Shown here one piece after another: positions 20,057-30,746 of a DNA stretch of 64,000 nucleotides. Made by a program: the position numbers and the translations under genes. Position 1 is the first letter of the stretch. Each line of letters begins with the position of its first letter. Source of the stretch: an uncultured Gemmatimonadales bacterium (GTDB lineage: Bacteria; Gemmatimonadota; Gemmatimonadetes; Gemmatimonadales; GWC2-71-9); the NCBI GenBank assembly GCA_963739455.1, contig CAVUAK010000001.1, positions 192,001 through 256,000 of the forward strand. Reading direction: 5' to 3'. A model generated the notes under the pieces. That model was not told the origin of the DNA. It ran no database searches and worked only from the letters and a program-made list of their open reading frames with translations.

Positions 20057-22677
20057 CCCGCATCGACCTGGTTGAACGCCTCAAGGCCCTTCTCTTCCGC
20101 GATCGCGCCGAGCGCGAACTCGATGAGGAACTCCAGTTCCATCTCGAGCGCGAAGCCGAGGCCCGCGCGCACGCCGGCAGTGCCACCCCGGAGCGCGACG
20201 CACATCTGGCACTCGGCGGCAAGGAGAAGGTGAAGGAGGACGTGCGCTCCGCCCGCGGCGTGCGCGCCCTCGAGGAGCTGCTAGCCGATACTCGCTACGC
20301 GTTGCGAGCGCTTGGACGGAATCCCGGCTTCACCCTCACCGTCATCGCGGTGCTTGGCATCGCCATTGGCGCCGCCACCGCGGTGTACACCGTGGTCAAT
20401 CGCGTTCTCCTGGCCGACCTGCCCTATCCCGCCGCGGGCCAGTTGGTGCGCATTCGCATGAAATACTCGCCCGGCGTGCTGGGCACCATCTCGGCCGTCG
20501 ATATCCTCGCAATCCGGGACCAGCAGCGCAGCTTCGACGCCTTCGGTGCAATTCGCTTCGGCACCGCGTCCGTCCCCGGCCCTGGTGGCCCGGAAGCCGT
20601 CACCTCCGGTCGTGTCACCTCAGGATTCTTCAAGGCACTCCGCGTTGGCGCAGCATACGGTCGCCTGCTCGAGCCCGGCGATGATGCCCCCGGCGCGCCG
20701 TCCATGGTCATCGTCTCCTACGCTTATGCCGAGCGCGCACTCGGCGGCGCCGCGCACGCCGTCGGCCAGGCGATCACCATCGATGGGGTGAGCAGTACTG
20801 TCGCGGGCGTCCTTGAAGCGAGCCAGCCCGACCTTATCGGGGTTCGCGCCGCCGTCTGGACCTCCCTCCAGGTCGCGACACCAAACCGCCGTGGCCCCTT
20901 CGGCTACAACGGCATCGCGCGACTCAAGGACGGCGTGACACTCGAGCAGGCCGCTCAGGATCTCGACGACATCAGCGTGCGCATCTTTTCCCTCTGGGCC
21001 GCCGGGTTCCAGGACAGCGCCGCGCGCCTCACGCCCCAGCCGCTGCGCGACGCCATCATCGGCACCGCGGGACGCCAGGTCGGGCTCTTCGCCGGTGCCG
21101 TGGCATTGGTGCTCCTGCTTGCCGTCGCGAACGTGGCGACTCTCATGCTTGTCCGCGCCTCCGCTCGCGAGCATGAGCTCGCCGTCCGTATCGCACTCGG
21201 TGCCGCGCGCCATCGCATTGCCCGCCTCATCCTCACCGAGTGCATCGTGCTCACCGTTCTCGCCGGGTTCGTCGGTCTCGCCATCGCTGCCAGTGCACTC
21301 GGTCTCGTTGGCCTCGTGGCCCCCGGTCTTCCCCGTCTTGCAGAGGTCGCGCTCGATGCCCGGAGCGTCACCTTCGCCGGAGCCGTGGCGCTCCTGAGTG
21401 GCGTGCTCGTCAGTCTTGCTCCACTTGCCGCTGTCTTCTCCCGTCGCTCACCAGCGGCTGCCGGTCTCCTCTCCTCACCAGCTCGCGGCGGCTCGAGTCG
21501 CCGCTCCAACATGGTACGGAGCGCACTGGTCGTCGCCGAGTTTGCCTTGGCGCTCCCGCTGCTGCTCGGCGCTGGATTGCTGGCCAACAGCTTCCTTCGC
21601 CTTCAGCAGGTCGACGCCGGCTTCGACCCGCGCGGTGTGGTGGGCGTCGGCCTCTCGCTCCCTCGAGCGCGCTACCAGGACAGCGTCACCCCGGCCTTCT
21701 GGCGCATGGCTGAGGCGCGCGCGCTAGCCGTCGACGGTGTGAGCGCCGCGGGGTTCACCAGCTCACTGCCACCCGACAATTTCGGCGACACCAACAACTT
21801 CGATCTCCTCGACCGCCCCGTGCCCGCCGGCACTTCCCAGCCAAATGCGCCCTGGCCCGTGGTGACCAACGGCTACTTCACCGCGATGGGTGTTGCGCTG
21901 CTCGAAGGGCGCCTCTTTAGCCTCGCTGACTTCGCCGAGGCCCCACCTGTTGTCGTCGTCAGTCGCGCATGGGCCGCGAAGTATTTCCCGGGCACCAGCG
22001 CGCTCGGACGCCAGATGTACAGTGGTGGCTGCAATACCTGCCCACCGAATACCGTCATTGGCGTGGTGGGTGACGTGCTCTACCAGGGACTCGCGGGTGA
22101 CGGCGTCGCGGTGTATGCACCGATTGCACAGGAGCCATCGCGATCGCTCACGCTCATCGTGCGCGGCATCGCCTCCCCGCCCACCATGCTCCGCTCTCTC
22201 CGCGAGGCCGTCGCTTCACTCGATCCCGCGCTGGCACCGACCGATGTCGTCATGAGCGAGCGCCTGCAGGATGCACTCGGTGATCCCCGCCGTTGGGCCG
22301 CAGTGGTCGGAGCCTTTGCTGGCGCCGGCGCCCTCCTCGCCGCGCTCGGAATCTTTGGCCTCATGTCCTATGTTGTCCGCCAGCGCCGTCGCGAAATCGG
22401 TGTCCGCATGGCGCTCGGTGCCACGCCCCGCGACCTCGTCTGGTTCGTCCTCCAGCGCGGCATGCGCTACGCGATCATCGGAACCGTGCTCGGTCTTGCC
22501 CTGTCTGCTATGGAATCGAAGTGGCTCGGCTCACTCCTCTTCGACGTGCGTCCATCAGATCCCCCTACCATCGCGCTGGCCGTCACGGCGCTGCTCGCAA
22601 TCGCGCTGGTCGCCTGCCTCCTGCCCGGACTTCGCGCCGCGCGCATAAGACCGCTGGAAGCGATCAGCGCAGACTAG
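20053..22677 (+). CDS. ABC transporter permease, ADOP/duplicated MacB-FtsX type with prefix domain
   Basis: ELDEELQFHLE, DTRYALRAL.RNPGF, ANVATLML, RRREIGVRMALGA; ATGA overlap with padR. Confidence 0.93.
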   Translation: MTRIDLVERLKALLFRDRAERELDEELQFHLEREAEARAHAGSATPERDAHLALGGKEKVKEDVRSARGVRALEELLADTRYALRALGRNPGFTLTVIAVLGIAIGAATAVYTVVNRVLLADLPYPAAGQLVRIRMKYSPGVLGTISAVDILAIRDQQRSFDAFGAIRFGTASVPGPGGPEAVTSGRVTSGFFKALRVGAAYGRLLEPGDDAPGAPSMVIVSYAYAERALGGAAHAVGQAITIDGVSSTVAGVLEASQPDLIGVRAAVWTSLQVATPNRRGPFGYNGIARLKDGVTLEQAAQDLDDISVRIFSLWAAGFQDSAARLTPQPLRDAIIGTAGRQVGLFAGAVALVLLLAVANVATLMLVRASAREHELAVRIALGAARHRIARLILTECIVLTVLAGFVGLAIAASALGLVGLVAPGLPRLAEVALDARSVTFAGAVALLSGVLVSLAPLAAVFSRRSPAAAGLLSSPARGGSSRRSNMVRSALVVAEFALALPLLLGAGLLANSFLRLQQVDAGFDPRGVVGVGLSLPRARYQDSVTPAFWRMAEARALAVDGVSAAGFTSSLPPDNFGDTNNFDLLDRPVPAGTSQPNAPWPVVTNGYFTAMGVALLEGRLFSLADFAEAPPVVVVSRAWAAKYFPGTSALGRQMYSGGCNTCPPNTVIGVVGDVLYQGLAGDGVAVYAPIAQEPSRSLTLIVRGIASPPTMLRSLREAVASLDPALAPTDVVMSERLQDALGDPRRWAAVVGAFAGAGALLAALGIFGLMSYVVRQRRREIGVRMALGATPRDLVWFVLQRGMRYAIIGTVLGLALSAMESKWLGSLLFDVRPSDPPTIALAVTALLAIALVACLLPGLRAARIRPLEAISAD

Positions 22678-22704
22678 CCGCGGCCGAAGAGGAAGTTCTG
22701 GGGA

Positions 22705-22834
22705 CCGCGGCGAATGGGTGCGCTCCGAAGGCGTGGCCGCGGCGAATGGGTGCGGCTCCAGAAGCACCGTTGCTCGGCGAGAGAAGGTTGGCCGCGGCAA
22801 ATGGGTGCGGCTCCAGCGGCACCGTTGCTCGGCG
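22705..22834. repeat. Three direct copies of CCGCGGCRAATGGGTGCG; copies 2 and 3 share about 45 bp
   Basis: Cores at 22705, 22737 and 22792; internal GGTGC..GCACC hairpin. Confidence 0.8.
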
Positions 22835-22927
22835 GCGGCGCAATCGAACTCTCCCCACCCGCACCACCGATCTGGCAGGCGTTGTGATGCTGAGAGGGCC
22901 GCGCCTGGCACGTGTGCCGCGGAGCCG

Positions 22928-23028
22928 CCCCAGAGCCGCGCCAGCGAGCGGCCCCAGAGCCGCGCCAGCGAACGGTCCCAGAGCCGCGGCAGCACGCCGC
23001 CCACAGCCGCAGCGCGTACGTCCCAGAG
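22928..23028. repeat. Degenerating 24-bp tandem repeat (CCCAGAGCCGCGCCAGCGA.CGG)
   Basis: Units at 22928, 22952, 22976 and 23000, plus a partial unit at 23021. Confidence 0.82.
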
Positions 23029-23191
23029 TTCACTTCCGGGACCATGAATCCCATTTCCGAACACCGCTCGCGCATCATCCACGGCCGTGCCATACCCAGC
23101 AACGACTTAGCACCATCTCACTCCGGGAATGACCGGCACACATCTTCCCTAGTAGGCTACCCGTCAGCCCCATCACCGCAAGGATCTCTAC

Positions 23192-24433
23192 GTGGACGTA
23201 GTTCGGGAAAAGAAGGTCAATCGCCGCCCCCAGTACCTCGCCGTTGCGGCGCTGGGACTCCTCGTCATCATGACCGCCGGCATCAGCCGCCTCAAGGATG
23301 CGCCCCCCAGCGTCGAGCGCGCGGCACTCTCCATCGACACCGTCGAGTCCGGCCCCATGGTTCGCGAGGTCCGCGCCCCCGGCACCCTCGTCCCCGAGCA
23401 GATCCGCTGGATCTCCGCTGTTGCCCCTGGTCGCGTCGAGAAGAAGCTCGTCCAGCCCGGCGCCAGGGTCACCGCCCAGACCATCCTCATGGAGCTCAGC
23501 AACCCCGACGTCGAGATTCAGCTCCTCCAGGCCCAGCGCCAGCTCACCGACGCCGAGGCCCAGCTCGTGTCGCTCCGCATCAGCCTCGAGACCCAGCGCC
23601 TCACCCAGGCCGGCGTCGTCGCCCAGGTCCGCTCCCAGTACAATGAGGCCGCCCGCCAGGCCGGCGCCGCCAACGAGATGGTCGACAAGCAGCTCATCTC
23701 CGCCTTCGATGCCGCCAAGGCGAAGGATGCCGTGGCCGAGATGACCGAGCGCCTCGCCATCGAGCAGCAGCGCCTCAAGATCCTCACCGACAACATCCCG
23801 CTCCAGCTCAAGGTCCAGCAGGAGCAGGTCGATCGTCTCAAGGCCGTCGTCGCCTTCCAGCGCTCCCTCGCCGGCGCCATGATCGTCCGGGCCGGCGCCG
23901 ATGGTGTCCTCCAGGAACTCCCCCTCGAGGTGGGCCAGTTCGCCCAGAGCGGAACCACCATCGCCAAGGTCGTGCAACCAGAGCGCCTCAAGGCCGTATT
24001 GCGAGTGCAGGAGAACCAGGCCCGCGATGTCACCATCGGCCAGGCTGCCGTCATCGACACACGCAACGGATTGGTCAGGGGACACGTCTCACGTACTGAT
24101 CCCTCGTCGTCCGGCGGCACCGTCACCGTCGACGTGGCGCTCGACGATTCCTTGCCGAAGGGCGCCCGGCCCGACCTCAGCGTCGACGGCACCATCGAGA
24201 TCGAGCGACTCGGCAAGGTTCTTCACGTCGGCCGCCCGACCTACGGACAGGCCAACAGCACCGTCGGCCTCTTCCGCCTCCTGCCCAATGGCGACGCCGA
24301 GCGGGTCCAGGTGGCACTCGGCCGCAGCTCGGCCAGCGAAATCGAGATCGTCCGCGGCCTCGAGCCCGGAGACGTGGTGATCCTGTCCGACATGACCCGG
24401 TTCGACGGCGTCGATCGCGTTCGCGTCAAGTAA
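23192..24433 (+). CDS. HlyD/MFP-family periplasmic adaptor of an ABC exporter
   Basis: MD..R N-terminus, TM helix, REVRAPGTLVPE, ARPDLSVDGTIEIE and GLEPGDVVILSD. Confidence 0.9.
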   Translation: MDVVREKKVNRRPQYLAVAALGLLVIMTAGISRLKDAPPSVERAALSIDTVESGPMVREVRAPGTLVPEQIRWISAVAPGRVEKKLVQPGARVTAQTILMELSNPDVEIQLLQAQRQLTDAEAQLVSLRISLETQRLTQAGVVAQVRSQYNEAARQAGAANEMVDKQLISAFDAAKAKDAVAEMTERLAIEQQRLKILTDNIPLQLKVQQEQVDRLKAVVAFQRSLAGAMIVRAGADGVLQELPLEVGQFAQSGTTIAKVVQPERLKAVLRVQENQARDVTIGQAAVIDTRNGLVRGHVSRTDPSSSGGTVTVDVALDDSLPKGARPDLSVDGTIEIERLGKVLHVGRPTYGQANSTVGLFRLLPNGDAERVQVALGRSSASEIEIVRGLEPGDVVILSDMTRFDGVDRVRVK

Positions 24434-24460
24434 CCAGCTCGCAACTTGAATGGAGAGCAC

Positions 24461-25171
24461 ATGACAACCGCCGGCCCGGCGCTGATCCGCCTCGAAGGCA
24501 TCAAGAAGGTCTTCTACACCGATGAAGTCGAGACGCACGCCCTCGCCGAGGTGCACCTCGAGGTAAAGCGCGGCGAGTACGTCGCCATCTCCGGCCCTTC
24601 CGGCTGCGGCAAGACCACCCTGCTCTCCCTTCTCGGCCTGCTCGACACGCCCACCGGCGGCGAGTACTGGCTCGATAACAAGCCCGTTGCCCAGCTCTCG
24701 GCCGCCGAGCGCGCGCGCATCAGGAATCGCGAAATCGGCTTCATCTTCCAGGCCTTCAACCTCATCGGTGATCTCACCGTCTACGAGAACGTCGAGCTGC
24801 CGCTAACCTATCGTGGCATGCAGCCGGCCGATCGCAAGCAGAAGGTCATGGCCGCGCTGGAGAAGGTGGGCATGAGCCACCGCGTCCGGCACTACCCCGC
24901 ACAATTGTCCGGCGGTCAGCAGCAGCGCGTCGCCGTGGCCCGTGCCGTGGCCGGCGAGCCCCTCATCCTCCTCGCCGACGAGCCCACCGGCAACCTCGAC
25001 TCCACCAATGGGGAGTCGGTCATGCAGCTCCTGCAGGAACTGCATCGCGCCGGCGCCACCATCTGCATGGTTACCCACGATCCGCGCTACGAACGCCACG
25101 CCGACCGGTCGATCCATCTCTTCGACGGACGCGTCGTCGAGGACCAGGCGCTCGAACTGACGACCGCCTGA
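24461..25171 (+). CDS. ABC transporter ATP-binding protein (LolD/MacB type)
   Basis: [26 protein letters not shown] and VTHD. Confidence 0.95.
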   Translation: MTTAGPALIRLEGIKKVFYTDEVETHALAEVHLEVKRGEYVAISGPSGCGKTTLLSLLGLLDTPTGGEYWLDNKPVAQLSAAERARIRNREIGFIFQAFNLIGDLTVYENVELPLTYRGMQPADRKQKVMAALEKVGMSHRVRHYPAQLSGGQQQRVAVARAVAGEPLILLADEPTGNLDSTNGESVMQLLQELHRAGATICMVTHDPRYERHADRSIHLFDGRVVEDQALELTTA

Positions 25172-25187
25172 GCCGAAGGAGCATCTC

Positions 25188-27659
25188 ATGGGACACCTGG
25201 CGAAGGACATCAGGTACGCGCTCCGCACCCTGCGCCGAAGCCCCGGCTTCGCCGCCATCGCGATCCTGACACTCGCACTCGGCATCGGCGCCAACACCGC
25301 GATCTTCTCGGTGATCAACGCGGTCCTCCTTCGCCCGCTGCCGTTCTTCCAGCCCGAACGGCTGGTCACGGTCACGCACGACTACCCGTCGCTCAAGATG
25401 CAGGCGCCGGTCTCGGTCCCCGGATTCGTCGAGTACGAGAAACAGAAGCAGGTCTTCGCCAGCGCCACCGTCACCTCCGGCTGGAACCCGACACTCACCG
25501 GCCACGGCGATCCCTCCCGCCTCCGCGCCACCATCGTGGCGGGCGACTACTTCGCCACCTTCGGCGTGCCGCCGCTCCTCGGCCGCTCCCTCCGTGCCGA
25601 TGAGTCGACCCCGGGCAACGACAAGGTGGCGGTCCTGAGCGAGAACTTCTGGCGCACCTCCTATGGCGCCGACAACGCCATTGTAGGCCGGAAGATCATC
25701 CTCAACGGTGAGTCGTTTGAGGTGGTGGGAGTTATGACCCGCGCGTTCAACTCGATGACCAATCGCAATACCGATCTCTGGGTGCCGCTCGCCTTCACGC
25801 CCGACCAATACCTCCCGTCCTCCTCGAACGAGTTCCTCACCTTCACCGCCCGGCTGAAGGACGGCGTGACGATGGAGGTCGCCAAGGCGGAAATGGGAGC
25901 GCTCGCCAACCGCATACGCGGCGACCGTCCCGGTGGCGGATATCCCGAGGACTGGACCCTTACTGTCACGCCGCTCAGGGACAGCATCGTCGACCCCACC
26001 ATGCGGAAGGCGATGCTCGTGCTGCTCGGCGCCGTCGGCCTCGTGCTGCTCATCGCCTGTGCCAACGTCGCAAACCTGCAGCTGGCGCGTGCCGCCGCTC
26101 GTTCCCGCGAGATTGCCGTGCGCGTGGCGCTCGGGGCTTCGCCCGGCGACCTCATTCGCCAGCTTCTCACCGAGAGCCTGATCCTCTCCCTCGCCGGCGG
26201 AGCCCTCGGGTTGCTCTTCGCCGTCTGGGGCGTGCCGGCCTTGCTCGCGCTCAACGCGCGAAACCTGCCGCCCGCCACCTTGATCGGCCTCGATGCGAAG
26301 GTGCTCGCGTTCACGGTGCTGTTGTCCCTCCTGACGGGACTCCTCTTCGGGTTGGCACCCGCCGTCCGCGTCTCACGCACGTCGCTGCAGGAGTCATTGA
26401 AGGAGGGCGGGCGCGGTGCCGCCGGCGATCGCGGCGGCCTCGCCCTGCGTCGTGGGCTCGTGGTGGCGACGGTGGCGATCGCGCTGACGCTCCTCGTCGG
26501 CGCCGGATTGCTCACCCGCAGCTTCGAGCGGCTCGTCGGCGTCGATCCAGGGTTCCGCCCCGATCACCTGCTCACGTTCAACATCGGCTTGCCCGCGACG
26601 AAGTATCCCAGCGATACGGTACAGATCGCGTACTTCGATCGCGCCACCGAGGCCATCACCTCTGTCCCGGGCGTCACCGCCGTCGGCGCCACGTCGGTGC
26701 TCCCCTTCAGCAACGGCTGGTCCACCACCTCCTTCTTTGTCGAGGGCCAGCCGACCGACCGGCAGGCCATTACGCCCTGGGGCGACGTCCGCATCGTCAC
26801 GCCCGGTTACCTCCCCGGGATTGGCGCGCCGCTGATCAAGGGACGGCAGTTTACCCAGCAGGACGACGCGAGCGCGCCGCTCGTGGCCATCGTCGACGAG
26901 GAGATGGTGCGTCGCTTCCTGCCCAACGAGGACCCGATCGGCAAGCGCATCACCTTCAATGGATCAGGTGATTCCACCATCACCTGGATCCAGATCGTGG
27001 GCGTCGTCGGTCACACGATGCATGAGGGGCTCGACGGGGAGCGCCGGCTGCAGGCATACTTCCCGCTCCGGCAGAATGGCAACCGCAACATGGCCTTTGC
27101 CGTTCGCACAGGCGGCGATCCACTCGGTGCCATGCCCGGCATTCGTCAAGCACTCAAGACCGTCGACCCCGACATCGCCATCGCGAACATCAGCCCGATG
27201 GACGAGCTCATCTCCACCAGCACCGGTCCGCGCCGGTTTTCCATGGTGCTCCTGGCCATCTTCTCCGGCCTCGCAGCCGCGCTCGCCGCCATCGGCCTCT
27301 ACGGCGTCATGTCGTATACCGTCACCCAGCGCTCCAAGGAGCTCGGCGTGCGCCTGGCCCTCGGTGCGACACCCGCCGGCGTGCAGCGCCTGGTCATGGG
27401 TCAGGGCATGCGCCTCGCCCTCGTCGGCGTGGGTGCCGGCCTCGTCGCGGCCCTGCTCCTGGTGAACTTGCTCCGCGCCTTCGACAACGCGGCGACGGTG
27501 AAGCCGGCCGACCGACTCCTGTTTGGGGTCAATGCAAACGACCCGGCCACCTTCGTGTTGATCTCGCTCTTCCTGCTCGGCGTGACATTGCTCGCCACCT
27601 GGCTGCCCGCGCGCCGGGCCACCAGCGTCGATCCCGTCGTCGCCCTGCGCGACGAGTAG
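25188..27659 (+). CDS. ABC transporter permease, ADOP type
   Basis: DIRYALRTLRRSPGF, LIACANVANL, GLYGVMSY.V.QR.KELGVRLALGA and VDPVVALR.E. Confidence 0.94.
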   Translation: MGHLAKDIRYALRTLRRSPGFAAIAILTLALGIGANTAIFSVINAVLLRPLPFFQPERLVTVTHDYPSLKMQAPVSVPGFVEYEKQKQVFASATVTSGWNPTLTGHGDPSRLRATIVAGDYFATFGVPPLLGRSLRADESTPGNDKVAVLSENFWRTSYGADNAIVGRKIILNGESFEVVGVMTRAFNSMTNRNTDLWVPLAFTPDQYLPSSSNEFLTFTARLKDGVTMEVAKAEMGALANRIRGDRPGGGYPEDWTLTVTPLRDSIVDPTMRKAMLVLLGAVGLVLLIACANVANLQLARAAARSREIAVRVALGASPGDLIRQLLTESLILSLAGGALGLLFAVWGVPALLALNARNLPPATLIGLDAKVLAFTVLLSLLTGLLFGLAPAVRVSRTSLQESLKEGGRGAAGDRGGLALRRGLVVATVAIALTLLVGAGLLTRSFERLVGVDPGFRPDHLLTFNIGLPATKYPSDTVQIAYFDRATEAITSVPGVTAVGATSVLPFSNGWSTTSFFVEGQPTDRQAITPWGDVRIVTPGYLPGIGAPLIKGRQFTQQDDASAPLVAIVDEEMVRRFLPNEDPIGKRITFNGSGDSTITWIQIVGVVGHTMHEGLDGERRLQAYFPLRQNGNRNMAFAVRTGGDPLGAMPGIRQALKTVDPDIAIANISPMDELISTSTGPRRFSMVLLAIFSGLAAALAAIGLYGVMSYTVTQRSKELGVRLALGATPAGVQRLVMGQGMRLALVGVGAGLVAALLLVNLLRAFDNAATVKPADRLLFGVNANDPATFVLISLFLLGVTLLATWLPARRATSVDPVVALRDE

Positions 27660-27663
27660 CGCC

Positions 27664-30072
27664 ATGCGGTGGCCTGAGCTGCGCTACGCCGTCCGCAACC
27701 TGTGGCGGACACCCGGCTTCACCCTCGTGGCCCTCGCCACCCTGGCGCTCGGCATCGGCGCCAACACCGCGATCTTCAGTGTCGTGCGCGCCGTGCTCCT
27801 GCGCGACTGGCCCTTCGAGCAGCCCGCAAGGCTCGTGCAGGTCGGGCATGAGCGCGCCGAGCGCGGCAGCGTCTTTGGCGGGTTCTCCCCGCAAGACGTG
27901 GACGACCTGCGTTCCGGCACGCCACAACTGTCGTCGGTCTCGTCGTATTTCTTCGTGCCTGGGCTCACCACACGCAACATGACCGGCGTTGGCGAGCCGC
28001 TCAACATCTCCGCCGCAATGGTGGATGGACGATTCTTCACCACGCTCGGCGTCTCGGCGGCGCGAGGCCGCGCCTTCGGCCCCGCCGATGACCTCGCCGG
28101 TTCCAATCGCGTGGTGGTGCTGAGCGACGCTTTCTGGCGCTCTCATCTTGGCGCTGACCCGAAGGTCGTGGGGAGTACGGTCCAGCTCGACGGACAGCCG
28201 TTCGAGATCATCGGCATCATGCCCCCCGCCTTCGCGTTCCCGAGTGGAGAAGCGCAGCTCCTCCTGCCACTGTCCGTCCTCACCGATGCTGACGTGCCCC
28301 ACGTGCGCGCCGTACGCTGGCTCAACGTCGTGGCTCGGCTCGCCCCCGGTGCCACCCTCGAATCGGCCCGCAACGGTGCCGGCTCGGTGATGGAGCGGCT
28401 CGCGCGCGACTACCCCGAGAGCAACGAGGGCTTCAACCACCCCGCGATCGTGCCGCTCACCCAATACCTGAGCGGCAACATCCGCCTGCCGCTGCTCGCC
28501 CTGCTCGCCGCGGTCGGTCTCGTCCTCCTCATTGCCTGCGTCAATGTCGCGCACCTGATGCTTGCGCGCGGACTGGGACGCGCCCGCGAAATGGCCATCC
28601 GGTCGGCCCTCGGCGCCACCCGCGGTCGCCTTCTCGGCCAGCTCCTGCTGGAGAGCGCGGTGCTCGCACTCGCGAGTGCGACGATCGGGTTGCTGCTCGC
28701 CTGGATCGGCGTACCACTCCTCGCCTCACTCGCCACCGATGTCATTCCACGCGCGGCGGAGATCGCCATCGACCCCGTCATCGCCGGCTTCTCCCTGCTC
28801 GCCGGCATCGCGGTCTTCCTCGTGGTGGGCATCATGCCGGCGATTCGCACCGCCGAGCCCGCGGCCGGCACCTCGCTGCGCGAGGGGCGCGGACAATCGG
28901 CCGGCACCGGTCGCCTCGCCGACGGCCTGGTTGCCGCTGAGAGCGGCCTTGCGGTCCTTCTGCTCTGCGGCTCGGCCCTGGCACTCACGAGTCTCTGGCG
29001 GCTGACGCACGTGGACCCGGGGCTTCGCGCCGACAACGTCGTCGCCATGCGCTTGATGTTGCAGGGAGGGCGATACGACAACGAGGTCACGGCACAGCGC
29101 TTCCGCACCGACCTGCTGGCCCGCCTGGCGGCGATCCCCGGCGTGACGGCGGCGGGTGCGAGCAAGCGCGCACCGCTCACGGCGGGCGGCGAGCCCTACA
29201 GCTTCCGCCTGGTGCGTGCTGGAGGCGTGGTGGACACGATCCAGCCCGCCGCCGGCATCATGATCATCACTCCCGGCTACTTCAGTTCACTCTCCATCCC
29301 GCTGCTGGGCGGTCGCGAGTTCAGCGCGGCCGATACCACCGATCCCGTCCCGATGATCGTGAGCCAGGCCCTCGCGAGGCAGGCGTGGCCCGGGCAGGAA
29401 CCGGTGGGCCAGCGGTTCCTCTTCGGCCGGGATGAGGGCGTGGTGGTCGGTGTCGCGGCGGATGTCCGACATCAGGGACTCGCGCTCCCCGCCGCGCCCG
29501 CCGCCTACATGCCGATCGCCATTCTCCAGCGCTCGGCGTTCAATGTCTTCGTGCGCGTCACCGGTGCGCCGCTCGGGTACATCGCGAGCATCCGCGACGC
29601 CGTGCATGAGCTCGATCCCGACATGCCCATCAGCGACCTCGGGTCGCTCAGCTCCCAGGTGTCGGGGTCGGTGGCCCAGCCACGGCTCTTCACCTTGCTG
29701 CTCGGCGTCTTCGGCGTCATCGCGTTGCTGCTCGCATCCATCGGCGTCTACGGCGTGGTGGCGCAGGCCGTCTCCCGTCGCCAGCGTGAAATCGGCATTC
29801 GCATGGCACTCGGCGCCCAGGGCCCCTCGGTCGTGCGCCTGGTGGTGGGTCACGCACTCCGGGCGACGATAGCCGGTACCGCGCTCGGGCTGGTGGCGTT
29901 CCTCCTGGCCTCCCGTCTGGTGCGGGCCCGGCTGTACGATGTGCGGGCCACTGATCCGCTCATCCTCGCCGCCGCCGTCGCCACGCTGCTCCTCGCCGCG
30001 TTCCTGGCCGCGTGGCTGCCCGCTCGTCGTGCCGCGCAGGTCGACCCGATGACAGCACTGAGAATCGAGTGA
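27664..30072 (+). CDS. ABC transporter permease, ADOP type
   Basis: LRYAVRNLWRTPGF, LIACVNVAHL, REIGIRMALGA and VDPMTALRIE. Confidence 0.94.
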   Translation: MRWPELRYAVRNLWRTPGFTLVALATLALGIGANTAIFSVVRAVLLRDWPFEQPARLVQVGHERAERGSVFGGFSPQDVDDLRSGTPQLSSVSSYFFVPGLTTRNMTGVGEPLNISAAMVDGRFFTTLGVSAARGRAFGPADDLAGSNRVVVLSDAFWRSHLGADPKVVGSTVQLDGQPFEIIGIMPPAFAFPSGEAQLLLPLSVLTDADVPHVRAVRWLNVVARLAPGATLESARNGAGSVMERLARDYPESNEGFNHPAIVPLTQYLSGNIRLPLLALLAAVGLVLLIACVNVAHLMLARGLGRAREMAIRSALGATRGRLLGQLLLESAVLALASATIGLLLAWIGVPLLASLATDVIPRAAEIAIDPVIAGFSLLAGIAVFLVVGIMPAIRTAEPAAGTSLREGRGQSAGTGRLADGLVAAESGLAVLLLCGSALALTSLWRLTHVDPGLRADNVVAMRLMLQGGRYDNEVTAQRFRTDLLARLAAIPGVTAAGASKRAPLTAGGEPYSFRLVRAGGVVDTIQPAAGIMIITPGYFSSLSIPLLGGREFSAADTTDPVPMIVSQALARQAWPGQEPVGQRFLFGRDEGVVVGVAADVRHQGLALPAAPAAYMPIAILQRSAFNVFVRVTGAPLGYIASIRDAVHELDPDMPISDLGSLSSQVSGSVAQPRLFTLLLGVFGVIALLLASIGVYGVVAQAVSRRQREIGIRMALGAQGPSVVRLVVGHALRATIAGTALGLVAFLLASRLVRARLYDVRATDPLILAAAVATLLLAAFLAAWLPARRAAQVDPMTALRIE

Positions 30073-30734
30073 TCCGCCTCGAGGGCATCGAGAAGGCCGT
30101 ACCGACCCGCCCTTCGCCCACCTTCCTGCTCCGCCGCATCTCGCTGGAGGTGGCCGCCGGTGACTTCGTCACCATCATGGGCCCCTCCGGTGCCGGGAAG
30201 ACCACAATGCTCACCATCCTTGGCATGCTCGACGGTGACTTCACCGGTGAGTACTGGTTCGGCGACACCGCCGTGCACCGGCTGGCGCCGCGCGAGCGCA
30301 ATGCACTGGCACGCACCGCCGTGGGGTTCGTCTTCCAGCACTATCACCTCCTCGACGAGCTCACGGTCGCCGAGAACCTCGATCTCCCGCTGAGCTATCG
30401 CAATGTGTCGGCATCGGCGAGGGCGGCGCTCGTTGGTGACACGCTCGACCGATTCCATCTCGTCGGCAAGAAGGACCTCTACCCCCGCCAGCTCTCCGGC
30501 GGGCAGCAGCAGCTGGTGGCCGTCGCCCGTGCCGTGATCGCCGGACCGCGCCTCCTCCTCGCCGACGAACCGACCGGCAATCTCCACTCGACCCAGGGGC
30601 GTGAGATCATGGAACTCTTCCGTCGGCTCAATGGCGAGGGCGTCACCATCGTACAGGTGACCCACTCAGAGGAAAATGCCCGCTACGGCAACCGCGTCAT
30701 CCACCTGAAGGACGGCTGGCTCATCCCCGGGTAG
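30069..30734 (+). CDS. ABC transporter ATP-binding protein
   Basis: GTG overlaps the permease stop; [24 protein letters not shown] and VTHS. Confidence 0.93.
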   Translation: MIRLEGIEKAVPTRPSPTFLLRRISLEVAAGDFVTIMGPSGAGKTTMLTILGMLDGDFTGEYWFGDTAVHRLAPRERNALARTAVGFVFQHYHLLDELTVAENLDLPLSYRNVSASARAALVGDTLDRFHLVGKKDLYPRQLSGGQQQLVAVARAVIAGPRLLLADEPTGNLHSTQGREIMELFRRLNGEGVTIVQVTHSEENARYGNRVIHLKDGWLIPG

Positions 30735-30746
30735 ATTCAATCGCCC

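Noticed and set aside
22705..23028. CRISPR array
   Set aside because: Irregular spacing (32 and 55 bp), non-unique intervening sequence, abutting 24-bp units and no cas genes.
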